Below are positions 47,031 to 56,205 of a stretch of DNA of 64,000 bases, piece after piece. The translations under genes were made by a program, and so were the position numbers. How positions within the stretch are numbered: position 1 is the first letter of the stretch; each line of letters opens with the position of its first letter. Source of the DNA: Myxococcota bacterium (GTDB lineage: Bacteria; Myxococcota; Kuafuiibacteriia; Kuafuiibacteriales; Kuafuiibacteriaceae); contig DAIQNR010000003.1 of assembly GCA_036788295.1 (NCBI GenBank), positions 74,211-138,210 on the forward strand, read 5' to 3'. Under the pieces are notes generated by a model, which made no database searches, was not told the DNA's origin, and saw nothing but the letters and a program-made list of their open reading frames with translations.

Positions 47031-50000
47031 TCACCGCGCCGCGCCGACCACCGCTGCCGCCCCCGGGTGAAGGTCCACCGCCGAATCGGGCAGGCGCTCG
47101 GGGGGATCGCGCTCGAGCAGGCGGGTCGCAGCTTCCGTGGCCCCGAGGCTCGCGAGCAGCGCCGCTTGGTTTGCGACGGCGAAAGGGTGCCCGAAGCTCG
47201 CCGCCCGCCCGTAGGCAGCGTACGCGGCGGAAGCGTCGCCAAGGGCGAGCTCGGCCGCGCCGAGCAGGTTGTGCAGCCGGGCGTCCCGGTCGTCCACTTC
47301 GAGGCCCTGAAGGGCCATGAGCTTGGCCCGGCTGGCCTCGCCCTCGGCGAGCAGGTGCTCGACCATCGGACGGAGCGTGTCGAGGTCCCGCGGACGCCGG
47401 GCGATCCGAGCCTCGAGCTCCTTTCGGGCCGATTCACCGGTGGGGGCGGCCGCCGTGGGGCGCACCGCTGCCACCGCCTCCGTCGGGCCCTGGGCCAGGC
47501 AGCCCCGGGTCTCTGCGGTCAGCACCCCGAACGCGAGCGCGCGCTCGACGCAGGTCGAGAACAGCTCCTCGGCCCGGCCCTCGAGCCCTCCCACCTGCGC
47601 TTCGACCGCCGCGGTGTACTGAGCCAAGTCCTCTGCGGAGAGGCCCTCTGGCACCGGCGCCTCGGCGAGAAACCCGGCCATCTCCGCGTACGCCATCGCC
47701 ACCCGGTGGAGCGCGGCGACCGCCCAGATCCCCACACCGAGCCCGACCACCTCGACCATCGCCGCCTCGGTGCTCGCGAGCGCCTCGGCTTTGGCCGCCG
47801 CCGCTCGCTCGAGGTCGGGCAGGGCCGAGGCTTGGCGAAACCGCTCGAGGTGGGTCTCCCCGAGCCGAAACGCCGCTTCGGCCGCGTCGGCCCTCGCCTC
47901 CGGGGAGGCGGCCTTCGTCGTGGCCCGGACCGCAGCGGCGAAGTGGGAGGCCGCCGCGTCGAGCCGCCCGGCGTCCATTTCGGCGAGCCCGAGCACCAGG
48001 TTCGCTCGCTCCTTGGCGAGGCCCGCCCGGTCGAGGGCCTTCGCCACCGGCTCCGCCTCGCTCCACCGGGACGACACGCGCAGGCTCGCGAGCAGCGCCG
48101 AGCCGTATTCCGCCCGCTGCGCCGGGTCCTTGGACCGCTCGAACAGGGAAGAGAAGCCTTCCGCCGCTCGCGCGTGATCCCCGAGCAGCGCCCGCAGCCC
48201 CGCCGCTCGGGCTCGCTGCCGCCGGGCGGAGGCGTCGTCCGGAAACCGCGACTCGAACTCCTCGAGGTAGACCGCGGCCTGCTCGAAGGCCCCCACTTGG
48301 GTCGTGAACGCGGCCAGCGTGCCAAACACGTCTCCGAGGTAGGTCGATTCGGGGTAGGCGCCGATGAACTTGTTGCCGATGGAGAAGACCTGCTCGTAGT
48401 CCCGGGCCTCCTTGCTCTGAACGAACGCGGTGTACAGCGTCCGCTCCGCCACCGGCGAATCCCGGTTCTCCTCCCAATACTTGCGAAGGCTCGCCCCCGC
48501 GTCTTGCCCCGGTGCGTCCACCGACGCGGTGAGGATCACCTCGCCGATCTGCCGCTCCTCGGCCGCCTTCGCCGTGCTCTGCATTCGGCTCGCGAACGCC
48601 GGACCGCCGATCCTGAGCCCAGCGAGCTCCCGGGCCTTGTCGGCGAGCCCCACGTAGTCCCGCTCTTGGGCGAAGGCGTCGAGGATGAGATCGGCGACGG
48701 TCTCCGCCCGCGGATCCTTGGGGTATCGGGAGAGGAACTCATCGAAGACCCCTACGGCCCGGTCGAATTCGCCGCCTTCGAAGTAACTTCGGCCGATGTT
48801 GAGCTGCACCTCCGCGACTTTCGGGTGGTCCGGGTAGCGCTCGGTGAACGTCCGGCCGTTCTGGATGAGCCCGCGCTGCGCCCACAGCCGATCGAAGCGG
48901 GGCATCGTCGGTCCGCCCACTTCGAGCGCCTGACGGAACGCGGCGCAGGCGTCGATGAGCGCCGCTCGCTGCTCCTCGCCTTCGGACAGAAGGCGCGCGG
49001 TCTGCTCGAAGCGATCGCCGGCGTCGAGAAACCTCTTGGCCTCGAACAGGGTGTCGGCGAGGTTTTGGACCATCTGCTGCCGCTGGGGGCCGTTTGGGAA
49101 GCTCTCGAGGTAGCGCCGGTAGGCGCCGGCGACCCGGACCCCGAGCGCCGTGCTCTTCGCCTCTTTCGCTCGCTCCTGGGCTTTGGTGGCGAGATCCCGG
49201 GCCTGAAGCTCCACGTCGCGCTCCGCGGTCTGCCTGCTGTCCTTGGGGACCCGGGGGTCGAACCGATAGGCGTCGAGCGCGTCGAGCAAATCCCGGATGT
49301 CCTGGTCTACCCGGTCGAACCGTCCGCTCTTGACCGTCGCCTCGTACACGAGGCTCGTTCGCTCCAAGTTCTCGGACGGGTTGTGGGACAGCCGGGCCAG
49401 CTCCCGGAACACCCGCGCGGCGGCCGGGTAGTCTTGCTTCACCATGTACCTTCGACCGAGCTTGTCGAGCGCGAGCACGTAGAGGTTTCGCTCCGGGGCG
49501 AGCTTTCGAAAGTAGGGCAGGGCCTCCTTCGACGCCTTCACCTCGGTGAACACGAACACCAGGTCGAGCAGCGCCTCCCGCTTCACGTCGAGCCGGCGGT
49601 CGCCGCCGCCGCCGGGGGGACCCCAAGGGGACTTCACGGCCGCCTCGAAGTGCCGAAACGCGACCGGGAACTGGGTCTTGTTCATCGCGACCCATCCGAG
49701 CTTGAAGTGGGCGAGGTCGTGGGTTGGGGACACCGGGGCGCTGAGGACCTTTCGGTACCAGACCTCGGCTTCGTCGAGCTGGCTCTGGTCGAAATGGTAG
49801 TCGCCCAGGACCAGGTAGGCGTCGAGCACCAGCGGGCTCTTCGGGTGCTCGGCGGCGAGCTGCCGGTAGGTCGCGAGCATCTCTTCGTACGCGCCGAGCT
49901 CCCGCAACTCGTGGGCGAGGTAGAACCTCACCTTGTCGTTGTCGTCCCACTTCGCGAATTCGGACAGGATCCGGCGGTACATCTCGACCGCCTTCTCCTT

Positions 50001-50333
50001 CAGGAGCCGCGACGTGGGCGCGACCGCGGCGCCGCCCTCGCCGTCGCCCCGTGAGTCGTGAACGAGGTAGAACTCGTAGCGGGACTGCTCGGCGTACAGC
50101 TCCGCCAGCCGCAGATAGATGTCGGGGAGGTAGGGAGCGCCCCTAGACCTCGCGATCAGGGTCTCGGTGACTTCGATGGCCCGGGCGACCTTGCCGATGT
50201 CCCGGCGGAGCTTCTCCTCGAACAGCTTTCGCTCGTCCGCCGCCGAGCGGGGCCCGCCCGGGCCGGGCACCTGCGCCGCCGCGACCGACGAGCCAAGGAG
50301 CGACAGGAGGATCAGGCCTCTTCGTCGAAGCAT
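47031..50333 (-). CDS. Large secreted TPR-repeat protein (GltD/AgmU–NfsD-like size class)
   Basis: Signal peptide MLRRRGLILLSLLGSSVAAAQ, with SD GGGAGAG before the ATG at 50333. The 1100-aa product has >15 TPR-like helical pairs. The track ORF's additional 220 N-terminal codons are Arg-rich and start-overlap the upstream gene. Confidence 0.75.
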   Translation of the reverse strand: MLRRRGLILLSLLGSSVAAAQVPGPGGPRSAADERKLFEEKLRRDIGKVARAIEVTETLIARSRGAPYLPDIYLRLAELYAEQSRYEFYLVHDSRGDGEGGAAVAPTSRLLKEKAVEMYRRILSEFAKWDDNDKVRFYLAHELRELGAYEEMLATYRQLAAEHPKSPLVLDAYLVLGDYHFDQSQLDEAEVWYRKVLSAPVSPTHDLAHFKLGWVAMNKTQFPVAFRHFEAAVKSPWGPPGGGGDRRLDVKREALLDLVFVFTEVKASKEALPYFRKLAPERNLYVLALDKLGRRYMVKQDYPAAARVFRELARLSHNPSENLERTSLVYEATVKSGRFDRVDQDIRDLLDALDAYRFDPRVPKDSRQTAERDVELQARDLATKAQERAKEAKSTALGVRVAGAYRRYLESFPNGPQRQQMVQNLADTLFEAKRFLDAGDRFEQTARLLSEGEEQRAALIDACAAFRQALEVGGPTMPRFDRLWAQRGLIQNGRTFTERYPDHPKVAEVQLNIGRSYFEGGEFDRAVGVFDEFLSRYPKDPRAETVADLILDAFAQERDYVGLADKARELAGLRIGGPAFASRMQSTAKAAEERQIGEVILTASVDAPGQDAGASLRKYWEENRDSPVAERTLYTAFVQSKEARDYEQVFSIGNKFIGAYPESTYLGDVFGTLAAFTTQVGAFEQAAVYLEEFESRFPDDASARRQRARAAGLRALLGDHARAAEGFSSLFERSKDPAQRAEYGSALLASLRVSSRWSEAEPVAKALDRAGLAKERANLVLGLAEMDAGRLDAAASHFAAAVRATTKAASPEARADAAEAAFRLGETHLERFRQASALPDLERAAAAKAEALASTEAAMVEVVGLGVGIWAVAALHRVAMAYAEMAGFLAEAPVPEGLSAEDLAQYTAAVEAQVGGLEGRAEELFSTCVERALAFGVLTAETRGCLAQGPTEAVAAVRPTAAAPTGESARKELEARIARRPRDLDTLRPMVEHLLAEGEASRAKLMALQGLEVDDRDARLHNLLGAAELALGDASAAYAAYGRAASFGHPFAVANQAALLASLGATEAATRLLERDPPERLPDSAVDLHPGAAAVVGAAR

Positions 50334-51787
50334 CGGTTCTCTCCCAGAAAATCGAAACGCGAGAGCTCGTCGTTCCAGAACTCTCCCACGAAAGGATAGA
50401 TGGCGTCGGGTCCGGCCAGCGGGATGTCCTCGATGCGGCTCTGGCCCCGCCGGGCCCTGCGCTCGTCGAGCCGCCGATAGATGGCGAGCCCGACCTCGTA
50501 GTCGAGCAGGTACATTTGCTCCTCGAAGGCGACCAGCTCCTCGGCCCGAGCCCGGACCGCTTCGGTGAGCCGCGCGTCGATGATGCGGTCGGTCCTCTGG
50601 ATCGCGAGCTCGTGGATCTCCCGCAGGGCCTCGTCGAGCCCGGTCTCCCTGAAGTCCCCCCCGAACTCGTCCACCCGCTGGGCTTCGGCCTCGAGCGCGC
50701 GGCGAAACGCGAAGAGCCGATCGAGCCGGGGATCTTCCGCCCTCGCCGCCCGCCTCAAGACCGCGTCTTCCCGGAGGTCGTCTCGCCGCCGGATGTGCTC
50801 GAGCGTCGAACCGAAGTGGAGGCGAAAGCGCCGAATCTCCCGCTTCGCCGGGATGTAGTGGCACAGGCGCTGGTAGATGAGCGCCCGAAGCAGGAACTTC
50901 TCCGGGGCGACGAGATCTCGGTAGCTCGGGGCTTCGAGCGCGTAGAGCAGGCCCATCGCGGTCGGAAAGTTGGTCTGCCGGTACGCGGTCCACGCCCGCT
51001 CGAGCAGCAGCTGCCCTTCGGCGGCGGTCAGCTCGGGGACCTCGACCGCGCGGTACATCGCGTCGGCCGCGGGGTATTGCTTCTTTTCGTAGAGGACGCG
51101 GGCGAGCGCGAGCCGGGCTTGGTTTCGGGTCTCGGTCGGCGCCGCCGGGTGGGCGAGCGCGGCCCGAAAGCCCCGGACCGCTTCGGCTTCCTTCCCTCGC
51201 CCGAGGTCGTCGACCGCGGCCGCGTAGGCGGCCTGCGCCGCGTGCGGGCTCTTCCTGGGGATCGCGGCAAACAACCGATCCGCCCAGGTCCGACGGCCGT
51301 CGCGAAGGTCGGCGAGACCTTGAAAAAAGCGCACGAACCCAGCGACGTCGGGCGGCAGGTACCCAAAATCGCCGTCCACGAGCAGCCGAAGGTCGAGCAG
51401 CGACTCGTCGTGCGGGCCCTGCATCAGGCGCTCGATCTCGACGAGCGCTTCGGGGAGGATCTCGGGCTGCCTACCTACGAACGCGACCTCGAACAGCTGC
51501 TCGGCCCCCGCTTGGGTGAATCCGAGCCTGAAGAGCGAGACCCCGAGAAAGTAGCGAGCCCAGGTCCGGTTCTCGGCGGTGTCGGGGTTGGTAGCGACAT
51601 AATCGTACATTCGGGCCGCGGCCCGGCGGTGGTCGTCGCCATAGAAGGCCCCGAGGCCGTCCCGAAAGACATCCGGCGGGGCGGCGCGGCGCCGCGACGG
51701 AGCGCTGACCGCGGTCGATTCGGTCTTTTCGGCCGCCTCCTCGGCCGGAGCGAAGACGAGCACGGCCAAAACGGCAAGAGCGGTCAT
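50312..51787 (-). CDS. Secreted TPR-like protein (GltC/NfsC-like size class)
   Basis: Signal peptide MTALAVLAVLVFAPAEEAA, then helical-repeat content (…AAYAAAVDDLGRGKEAEAVRGFRAALAHP…). Its 3' end overlaps the downstream TPR gene start by 22 nt. Confidence 0.65.
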   Translation of the reverse strand: MTALAVLAVLVFAPAEEAAEKTESTAVSAPSRRRAAPPDVFRDGLGAFYGDDHRRAAARMYDYVATNPDTAENRTWARYFLGVSLFRLGFTQAGAEQLFEVAFVGRQPEILPEALVEIERLMQGPHDESLLDLRLLVDGDFGYLPPDVAGFVRFFQGLADLRDGRRTWADRLFAAIPRKSPHAAQAAYAAAVDDLGRGKEAEAVRGFRAALAHPAAPTETRNQARLALARVLYEKKQYPAADAMYRAVEVPELTAAEGQLLLERAWTAYRQTNFPTAMGLLYALEAPSYRDLVAPEKFLLRALIYQRLCHYIPAKREIRRFRLHFGSTLEHIRRRDDLREDAVLRRAARAEDPRLDRLFAFRRALEAEAQRVDEFGGDFRETGLDEALREIHELAIQRTDRIIDARLTEAVRARAEELVAFEEQMYLLDYEVGLAIYRRLDERRARRGQSRIEDIPLAGPDAIYPFVGEFWNDELSRFDFLGENRCFDEEA

Positions 51788-52509
51788 CGGGGCTCCTCCT
51801 CATCCACGTCGGGGCTGGGCGCCGTCCCCGGGAACAGGGCGTCGAGGACCAAATCCGGGTCCTCGGCCGGGGTCGTGCCCGCCGCTCGCTCGCCGCGGGA
51901 CCCGAAATGAAACCCGAGGGATAGGTTGATCTGCAGCAAGGTCTCGAGCGGGAGCAGCTCATCGAAGGCGACCGTGCCCCGAAAGTCGAGCCTGGCCGAC
52001 ACGCGAGAGCCCAGGTGGAGGCGGACTCCAGGGCCTCCCGATACCTGGTAGCGAAAGCCATCGCTGAAGTTCGCCACCCCGAACCCGAGGTGAAGGTGGG
52101 TGGACAGGTTCAGCACCGCCCGGTCGAACAGGGCTACCTTCCCGTAGAGGGGCGTGAACAGGAGTCCCGTGCTCGCCAAGTATTCGACCTGCGGCTCGAC
52201 GGTGGGCGCGACCCCGAACCGGGTCTCGAGCGACCCGGTGAGGCCGCTGTCGAGCGCCGCGGCGTAGCGAAAGTCCACCAGCTCGAGCGCGACGATCTCC
52301 GATAGATGCAAGGTGTAGCTGCCGCCGAGCGACAGGCCCGTGTACAGCGCGCTCGCCGGCAGCACCCCAACCCCCACGTCGAGCTCGTGGATGAGGCGGT
52401 GGGGTCGGTCCTCCCTGGCGACCACGCGCCCGCCCATTCGCCGCTCCTGCTCGCTCGCGAGCGCCTCGGTGGCGAAGAAGAAGACAAGCAGCGCGATGCT
52501 GGGCCTCAT
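51784..52509 (-). CDS. Putative outer-membrane β-barrel protein (GltA/B–NfsA/B-like), paralog of 52506-53195
   Basis: Signal peptide MRPSIALLVFFFATEALA, then alternating hydrophobic β-strand pattern (…YTGLSLGGSYTLHLS…, …LQINLSLGFHFGS). Its start overlaps the stop of the upstream paralog, and its stop overlaps the downstream start (ATGA). The track ORF extension to 52947 is Arg-rich. Confidence 0.55.
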   Translation of the reverse strand: MRPSIALLVFFFATEALASEQERRMGGRVVAREDRPHRLIHELDVGVGVLPASALYTGLSLGGSYTLHLSEIVALELVDFRYAAALDSGLTGSLETRFGVAPTVEPQVEYLASTGLLFTPLYGKVALFDRAVLNLSTHLHLGFGVANFSDGFRYQVSGGPGVRLHLGSRVSARLDFRGTVAFDELLPLETLLQINLSLGFHFGSRGERAAGTTPAEDPDLVLDALFPGTAPSPDVDEEEPR

Positions 52510-53195
52510 GGGACGTCTCCGAACCCAAACGACGCCGATAAGGTGAACAGACCGACCGTCTCGACGCCCTCCGGCTCCCCTTCCCGGAGGGCGCGGCGCA
52601 GGGCGGCGAAGAGCCGCCCGTCGAAGCGAGCGCTCAGCCACGACGACGCGTAGATGCGAAAGCCGAGCCCACCGCCGAGCGCCGGCCGCAAGTCCTCGAG
52701 CATCTCGTCGAAGGTGGGGCGGTCGCCGAAGAAGAGCCCGGCGTAGGCGCCGAGGACCACCGCGCCGTGGACGGTGTCTCGGTTGAACAGCACCTGCTTG
52801 CCGTACATGGGGCTCAGCTCGAGCCCGGTGGACAACAGCAGCCGGGGAGCAGAGAACTCGTCCGGCCGCCGGGCGAAGGTGCCGACCAGCTCCTCGTACA
52901 AGGAGGTCGGGTCGAGCAGGGCCCCGGTGACTTCGAGCACCTCCCACGCGAGGTGGGGGCTGAGGTGGTAGGTGTAGGCGAGACCGGCGGTGAAGCCCTT
53001 TTGGAACGGATCGAGCGGCATCGTGCCCACGGCGAGCCGCAGCTCGTGCCTCGTCCCATACTTTCGGGCTTGCACCGCCCCGGAGACCGCCGGCTCGGCG
53101 GCCGGGGCCGAGCCTGCGACCAGGCAGAGCAAGGCGGCGATGGACCCCGTTTTCAGGGGGACAGGTGGACGTCGCGGGACCGATTCGCGCGGCAC
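52506..53195 (-). CDS. Putative outer-membrane β-barrel protein (GltA/B–NfsA/B-like), paralog of 51784-52509
   Basis: Signal peptide …KTGSIAALLCLVAGSAPAAEPA (GTG start at 53195). The same strand pattern and similar length to the neighbour (…LAYTYHLSPHLAWEVLEVTGA…, …FTLSASFGFGDVP). Confidence 0.55.
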   Translation of the reverse strand: MPRESVPRRPPVPLKTGSIAALLCLVAGSAPAAEPAVSGAVQARKYGTRHELRLAVGTMPLDPFQKGFTAGLAYTYHLSPHLAWEVLEVTGALLDPTSLYEELVGTFARRPDEFSAPRLLLSTGLELSPMYGKQVLFNRDTVHGAVVLGAYAGLFFGDRPTFDEMLEDLRPALGGGLGFRIYASSWLSARFDGRLFAALRRALREGEPEGVETVGLFTLSASFGFGDVP

Positions 53196-53209
53196 GGCGG
53201 GACCCTACG

Positions 53210-55567
53210 TCAGTACGAGGTCGGGGCGAAGTTCCAGGGATAAGAGATCACCACATCTCCACCCTTTGGGGACGGGAAGCGCCAGTTCTTCAGCTTGTCC
53301 ATCACGCACCGGGCCACCGCCGCGTTTTGGAGCGTCGAGTGCTTCTGCTTGATGTCCCCCGCCCGTCCGTTTTGGCGGATGGTCCACTCGATGACGAGCT
53401 TGCCCTGGAGGCCAGGGCTCGACATGAGCGCCCGCTCGAAGCAGCTGACGACCTCGTTCGCGTGTTGGTCGATCACCTTCGCCACCTCTTCCCGAGATAT
53501 GTTCCCCTGCGCGGTCACCCGGCTCGGCACCGCCCGGTCCACCTTGCCCCGCACGGCGCCCCCGCTCGTCTTTCCGATCCGCGCGAACCCTGGCCCATCG
53601 CGCAGCAGGTCGGCGCTCCCGCGGGTGAGCGGCTTGCCTCCGCCCCCACCCCCGAGCCTCACGTCCGACGAAGGGGCCTTGCCGATGAGCGCGCCCACCC
53701 GAAAGCTCGATCCGCCGGGGGTCGAGACCGCGTCGAGGCTCGAGGCGGCGCTGACCATGCTCGGCGCGCCGGGGGCGGCGTTGGCCAGCTTGCCGAGCGC
53801 GCCGAGCACCCCCGCCTTCTTCACCTCGGGGGCGGGCGCTCCTTTGGGCGCGGCGGCCGGGGGAGCAGGGCTCTTTCGTTCGATTCGGGCCGGCTTCTTC
53901 TCCGCTTTGGCCACGGGAGGCGGTGCCTTGGCCGGCTCGGGCGCGGGCGGCTCTGGCTCCGGCTCCGGCTCCGGCTCCGGCAGGCTCACTTCCACCGGGC
54001 GGACCTCGTCGACCGCGGCCTCGGCCCAAATCTCCCTCGGGGCTCCGGAGAAGCTGGTGGCCGGGGTGGTGAGGCCGAGTACGAGGCCGAGCGCCAAGTG
54101 GACGAGCACCGCCGAGCCGAGCGCGCGCGGCACCGGTCCGTCGAGCCGCTTTCCGGCCGGAGGCGGAACGGGGACCGGCGGAGGGCTCACGAAGCGCAGG
54201 TGGCACCCCAGGTCGCCGATGCGGAGGTCGAGCGACTGGCCTTGCCGCAAGCGGACCGCGTACGTGTCACCCTTCGTGCTGACCGCGTGGCCCGGGATCT
54301 TCAGGTTGTCGAGGGGGACCTTTCGCCCCTCGTCGAGCAGCACGCCGGCCGCGTCGCTCGGGAAGCGGACCTCGGCGAGCCCCGGAGCGAGGAGCCGAGC
54401 CACCCGCAGGGGGCGACCGATCCCCAGGAGGTGGGCCGAGCGGCGAGGCTTTTCGAGCAGATCGATCCGGCGCAGCTCGTCCTTCCTCGACGCGATGACC
54501 TCGAGCGCGTGGGGCCGCTCCGCCGGAGGCGCCGAGCGGATGAGCTCGAGCAGCGAAAAGCCGGGCCGCTCGAGCGCCTCCGCCTCGTCCTCGTCGAGGC
54601 CTTCTTCCTCCTCGGCCGCCAGCTGAGGGTCGAGTTCATGCGCGGGCTCCCGTTTTTCCTGCCGGCTCTCTGCCGGTGCGGGCTCGGAGAACGGGTCCGA
54701 GATGGGGCGCCGCCGCAAGGGCGCCTGCTCCGTTCGCTCGGAGGCGAACGCCTCCGAGAACGGCATCGCCGCGTACGGATCGGGCGCCAAGTCCCCGAGC
54801 GCGATCGCCACCGTCGCCGGTTCCTCGTCGAGCGGCTCGTCCGGCGTCCCGGCGGCGCCAAAAGCGGAGGCCAGGGCCTCGTCCACCGAGCCGTAGGCCT
54901 CGGGAAGCGCGAACCCATCGTCAGCGGGGGTCGCGAGGTCCGCTTGCTCCTCGAGCACGTCCTCGCCGATCACCGCGATCCGGTCGGACACCGCCTCGTC
55001 GAGCCCATCGAAGATGTCGTCCGACCAGGCCCGCTCGCGAACGACATCGGTGGGGATGCGCCGCTCGCCCGGGGTCCGCGGAGCGGAGTCCATCAGCAGG
55101 TCCGCGGTCGGCGCCGGTCGCGCCGGCCGAACCACGGGGCCCGGTTCGGGTGCGCTCTGCCGCTTCTTGCCCGGGCCCGCCGAGGGGAGCGCGGCGGGGA
55201 CAGCCGACGGGCTCGGGACGGCGGAGGGAATGGGGAGCGCCGAGGGTCGGGCCCCCACCGGCTTCGGCTTCACCAGCTTGAGCTTCAGCACATGGCCGCC
55301 GACGCCGACTTCGTCTCGGGGGCCGATGAAGCCATGCTGAACCCGGGCCCCGTTGACGCGGACGCCTCCCGCGGTGCCGAGGTCCACGACCCGAACCTGG
55401 TCGTCCTCCCTGGATAGGATCGCGTGCGCGTCGTCTACGGCGCCGTCGTCGAGGCGAAGGTCGGCCTCCTCGCCGCTGCCCACGACGAGCTCCGGCTCGG
55501 TGAAGACCTCCGAGCCGACATACGCGCCGTCGCGGAAGACGAAAACGTGGAGAACCGGGACCGCCAC
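53210..55567 (-). CDS. FHA-domain protein of the AgmX/PglI (GltJ/GltG/NfsG) type: FHA – second FHA-like – TM – Pro/Glu-rich periplasmic linker – AgmX/PglI C-terminal domain
   Basis: N-terminal FHA (VFVFRDGAYVGSEVFTEPELVVGSGEEADLRLDDGAVDDAHAILSREDDQVRVVDLGTAGGVRVNG). A TM helix AVLVHLALGLVLGL is followed by EPEPEPEPEPP, KAPPPVAKAEKKP. The conserved C-terminal block GNISREEVAKVIDQHANEVVSCFERAL…GKLVIEWTIRQNGRAGDIKQKHSTLQNAAVARCVMDKLKNWRFP is characteristic of myxobacterial gliding/sporulation AgmX/PglI proteins. Confidence 0.8.
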   Translation of the reverse strand: MAVPVLHVFVFRDGAYVGSEVFTEPELVVGSGEEADLRLDDGAVDDAHAILSREDDQVRVVDLGTAGGVRVNGARVQHGFIGPRDEVGVGGHVLKLKLVKPKPVGARPSALPIPSAVPSPSAVPAALPSAGPGKKRQSAPEPGPVVRPARPAPTADLLMDSAPRTPGERRIPTDVVRERAWSDDIFDGLDEAVSDRIAVIGEDVLEEQADLATPADDGFALPEAYGSVDEALASAFGAAGTPDEPLDEEPATVAIALGDLAPDPYAAMPFSEAFASERTEQAPLRRRPISDPFSEPAPAESRQEKREPAHELDPQLAAEEEEGLDEDEAEALERPGFSLLELIRSAPPAERPHALEVIASRKDELRRIDLLEKPRRSAHLLGIGRPLRVARLLAPGLAEVRFPSDAAGVLLDEGRKVPLDNLKIPGHAVSTKGDTYAVRLRQGQSLDLRIGDLGCHLRFVSPPPVPVPPPAGKRLDGPVPRALGSAVLVHLALGLVLGLTTPATSFSGAPREIWAEAAVDEVRPVEVSLPEPEPEPEPEPPAPEPAKAPPPVAKAEKKPARIERKSPAPPAAAPKGAPAPEVKKAGVLGALGKLANAAPGAPSMVSAASSLDAVSTPGGSSFRVGALIGKAPSSDVRLGGGGGGKPLTRGSADLLRDGPGFARIGKTSGGAVRGKVDRAVPSRVTAQGNISREEVAKVIDQHANEVVSCFERALMSSPGLQGKLVIEWTIRQNGRAGDIKQKHSTLQNAAVARCVMDKLKNWRFPSPKGGDVVISYPWNFAPTSY
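53946..53982 (-). repeat. (GGCTCC)n hexanucleotide microsatellite encoding the (Glu-Pro)n linker of the AgmX-like protein
   Basis: ggctctggctccggctccggctccggctccgg on the + strand. It translates on the minus strand to EPEPEPEPEPP in the periplasmic linker. Confidence 0.8.
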
Positions 55568-55575
55568 TTGGGACC

Positions 55576-55947
55576 TCAGGGCTCGAACACGGTGCGCAAG
55601 GTGCGCTCCCGAAAGCTCTTGCGCCGCTCCACCATGCTGCTGAGGCCGGCCGCCTTTCGGGCGAAGAGGACCACCGCGCCGGTCTGGTTGCGCTGCCCTT
55701 GGACGAGCCGGTCGTCGAAGTCGATCCGGGTCGGTCCGCGCCCGGTGGGCTCGACCGGGACTGGCGCCGGCGCCTCAGCAGCGGGCGGCGGCGGAGGAGT
55801 GGGTCGCTTCGCCGGGGCCCGGCGCCGCGGCGGCGTCTTGCCGATCGCGGGCGAGAGGCCGAGCCCGGGGTCGAACGCGCCGAGCACCAGCCCGAAGGCG
55901 AGCACCCCGGCCAGTCGAGCGCCGACGCGCCCCCATCCGTTCGCCAT
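55576..55947 (-). CDS. Small membrane-anchored Pro-rich protein (TonB-like topology), first gene of the operon
   Basis: MANGWGRVGARLAGVLAFGLVLGAF (TM) – PPRRRAPAKRPTPPPPPAAEAPAPVPVEP – C-terminal ~45 aa. Its stop lies 9 nt upstream of the FHA gene start. Confidence 0.35.
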   Translation of the reverse strand: MANGWGRVGARLAGVLAFGLVLGAFDPGLGLSPAIGKTPPRRRAPAKRPTPPPPPAAEAPAPVPVEPTGRGPTRIDFDDRLVQGQRNQTGAVVLFARKAAGLSSMVERRKSFRERTLRTVFEP

Positions 55948-56205
55948 GGAACTGGCCTAGCGAGCCGCGCTGGCAAAGTCAAACCGATGACCGGCTAAGT
56001 CTTGGAAATGACCAGGACTCTGCTTCAATTTCGCCCGGGGTGCCCCGCCCCCCAGGAGGGGGTGCAGGCCCCGGGGCGCTCGCCCCCGGGCCCCTCGCGA
56101 ACCCAACCGCGGTCGTTTTGGGGGCCCGAGCCCCCGATGGGATGGGGAAGAGGGGACGATCGATGAACCGTTGGAGTTGGCAAGGTTCTAGCATTGTGAC
56201 CTTGC
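55948..56205. promoter_or_regulatory. Divergent intergenic region between the Glt/Nfs-like operon (−) and the TSP3/vWA lipoprotein operon (+)
   Basis: A 258-bp non-coding gap separates two back-to-back operon starts. Candidate −35/−10-like elements are present (ttgacc… / tggaaatgacc…), but no confident σ70 or σ54 match can be asserted by eye. Confidence 0.3.

Noticed and set aside
46086-50054. 1322-aa + strand ORF
   Set aside because: It is antisense to the signal-peptide-bearing TPR gene (47031-50333). The translation is dominated by R/G/E/V runs with no repeats or motifs.
53165-55417. 750-aa + strand ORF, and ORFs 53205-54206, 53295-54626
   Set aside because: Antisense or alternate frames of the AgmX-like gene. 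The minus frame carries the FHA domain, TM helix and conserved C-terminal block, while these frames give Arg/Gly-rich low-complexity sequence.
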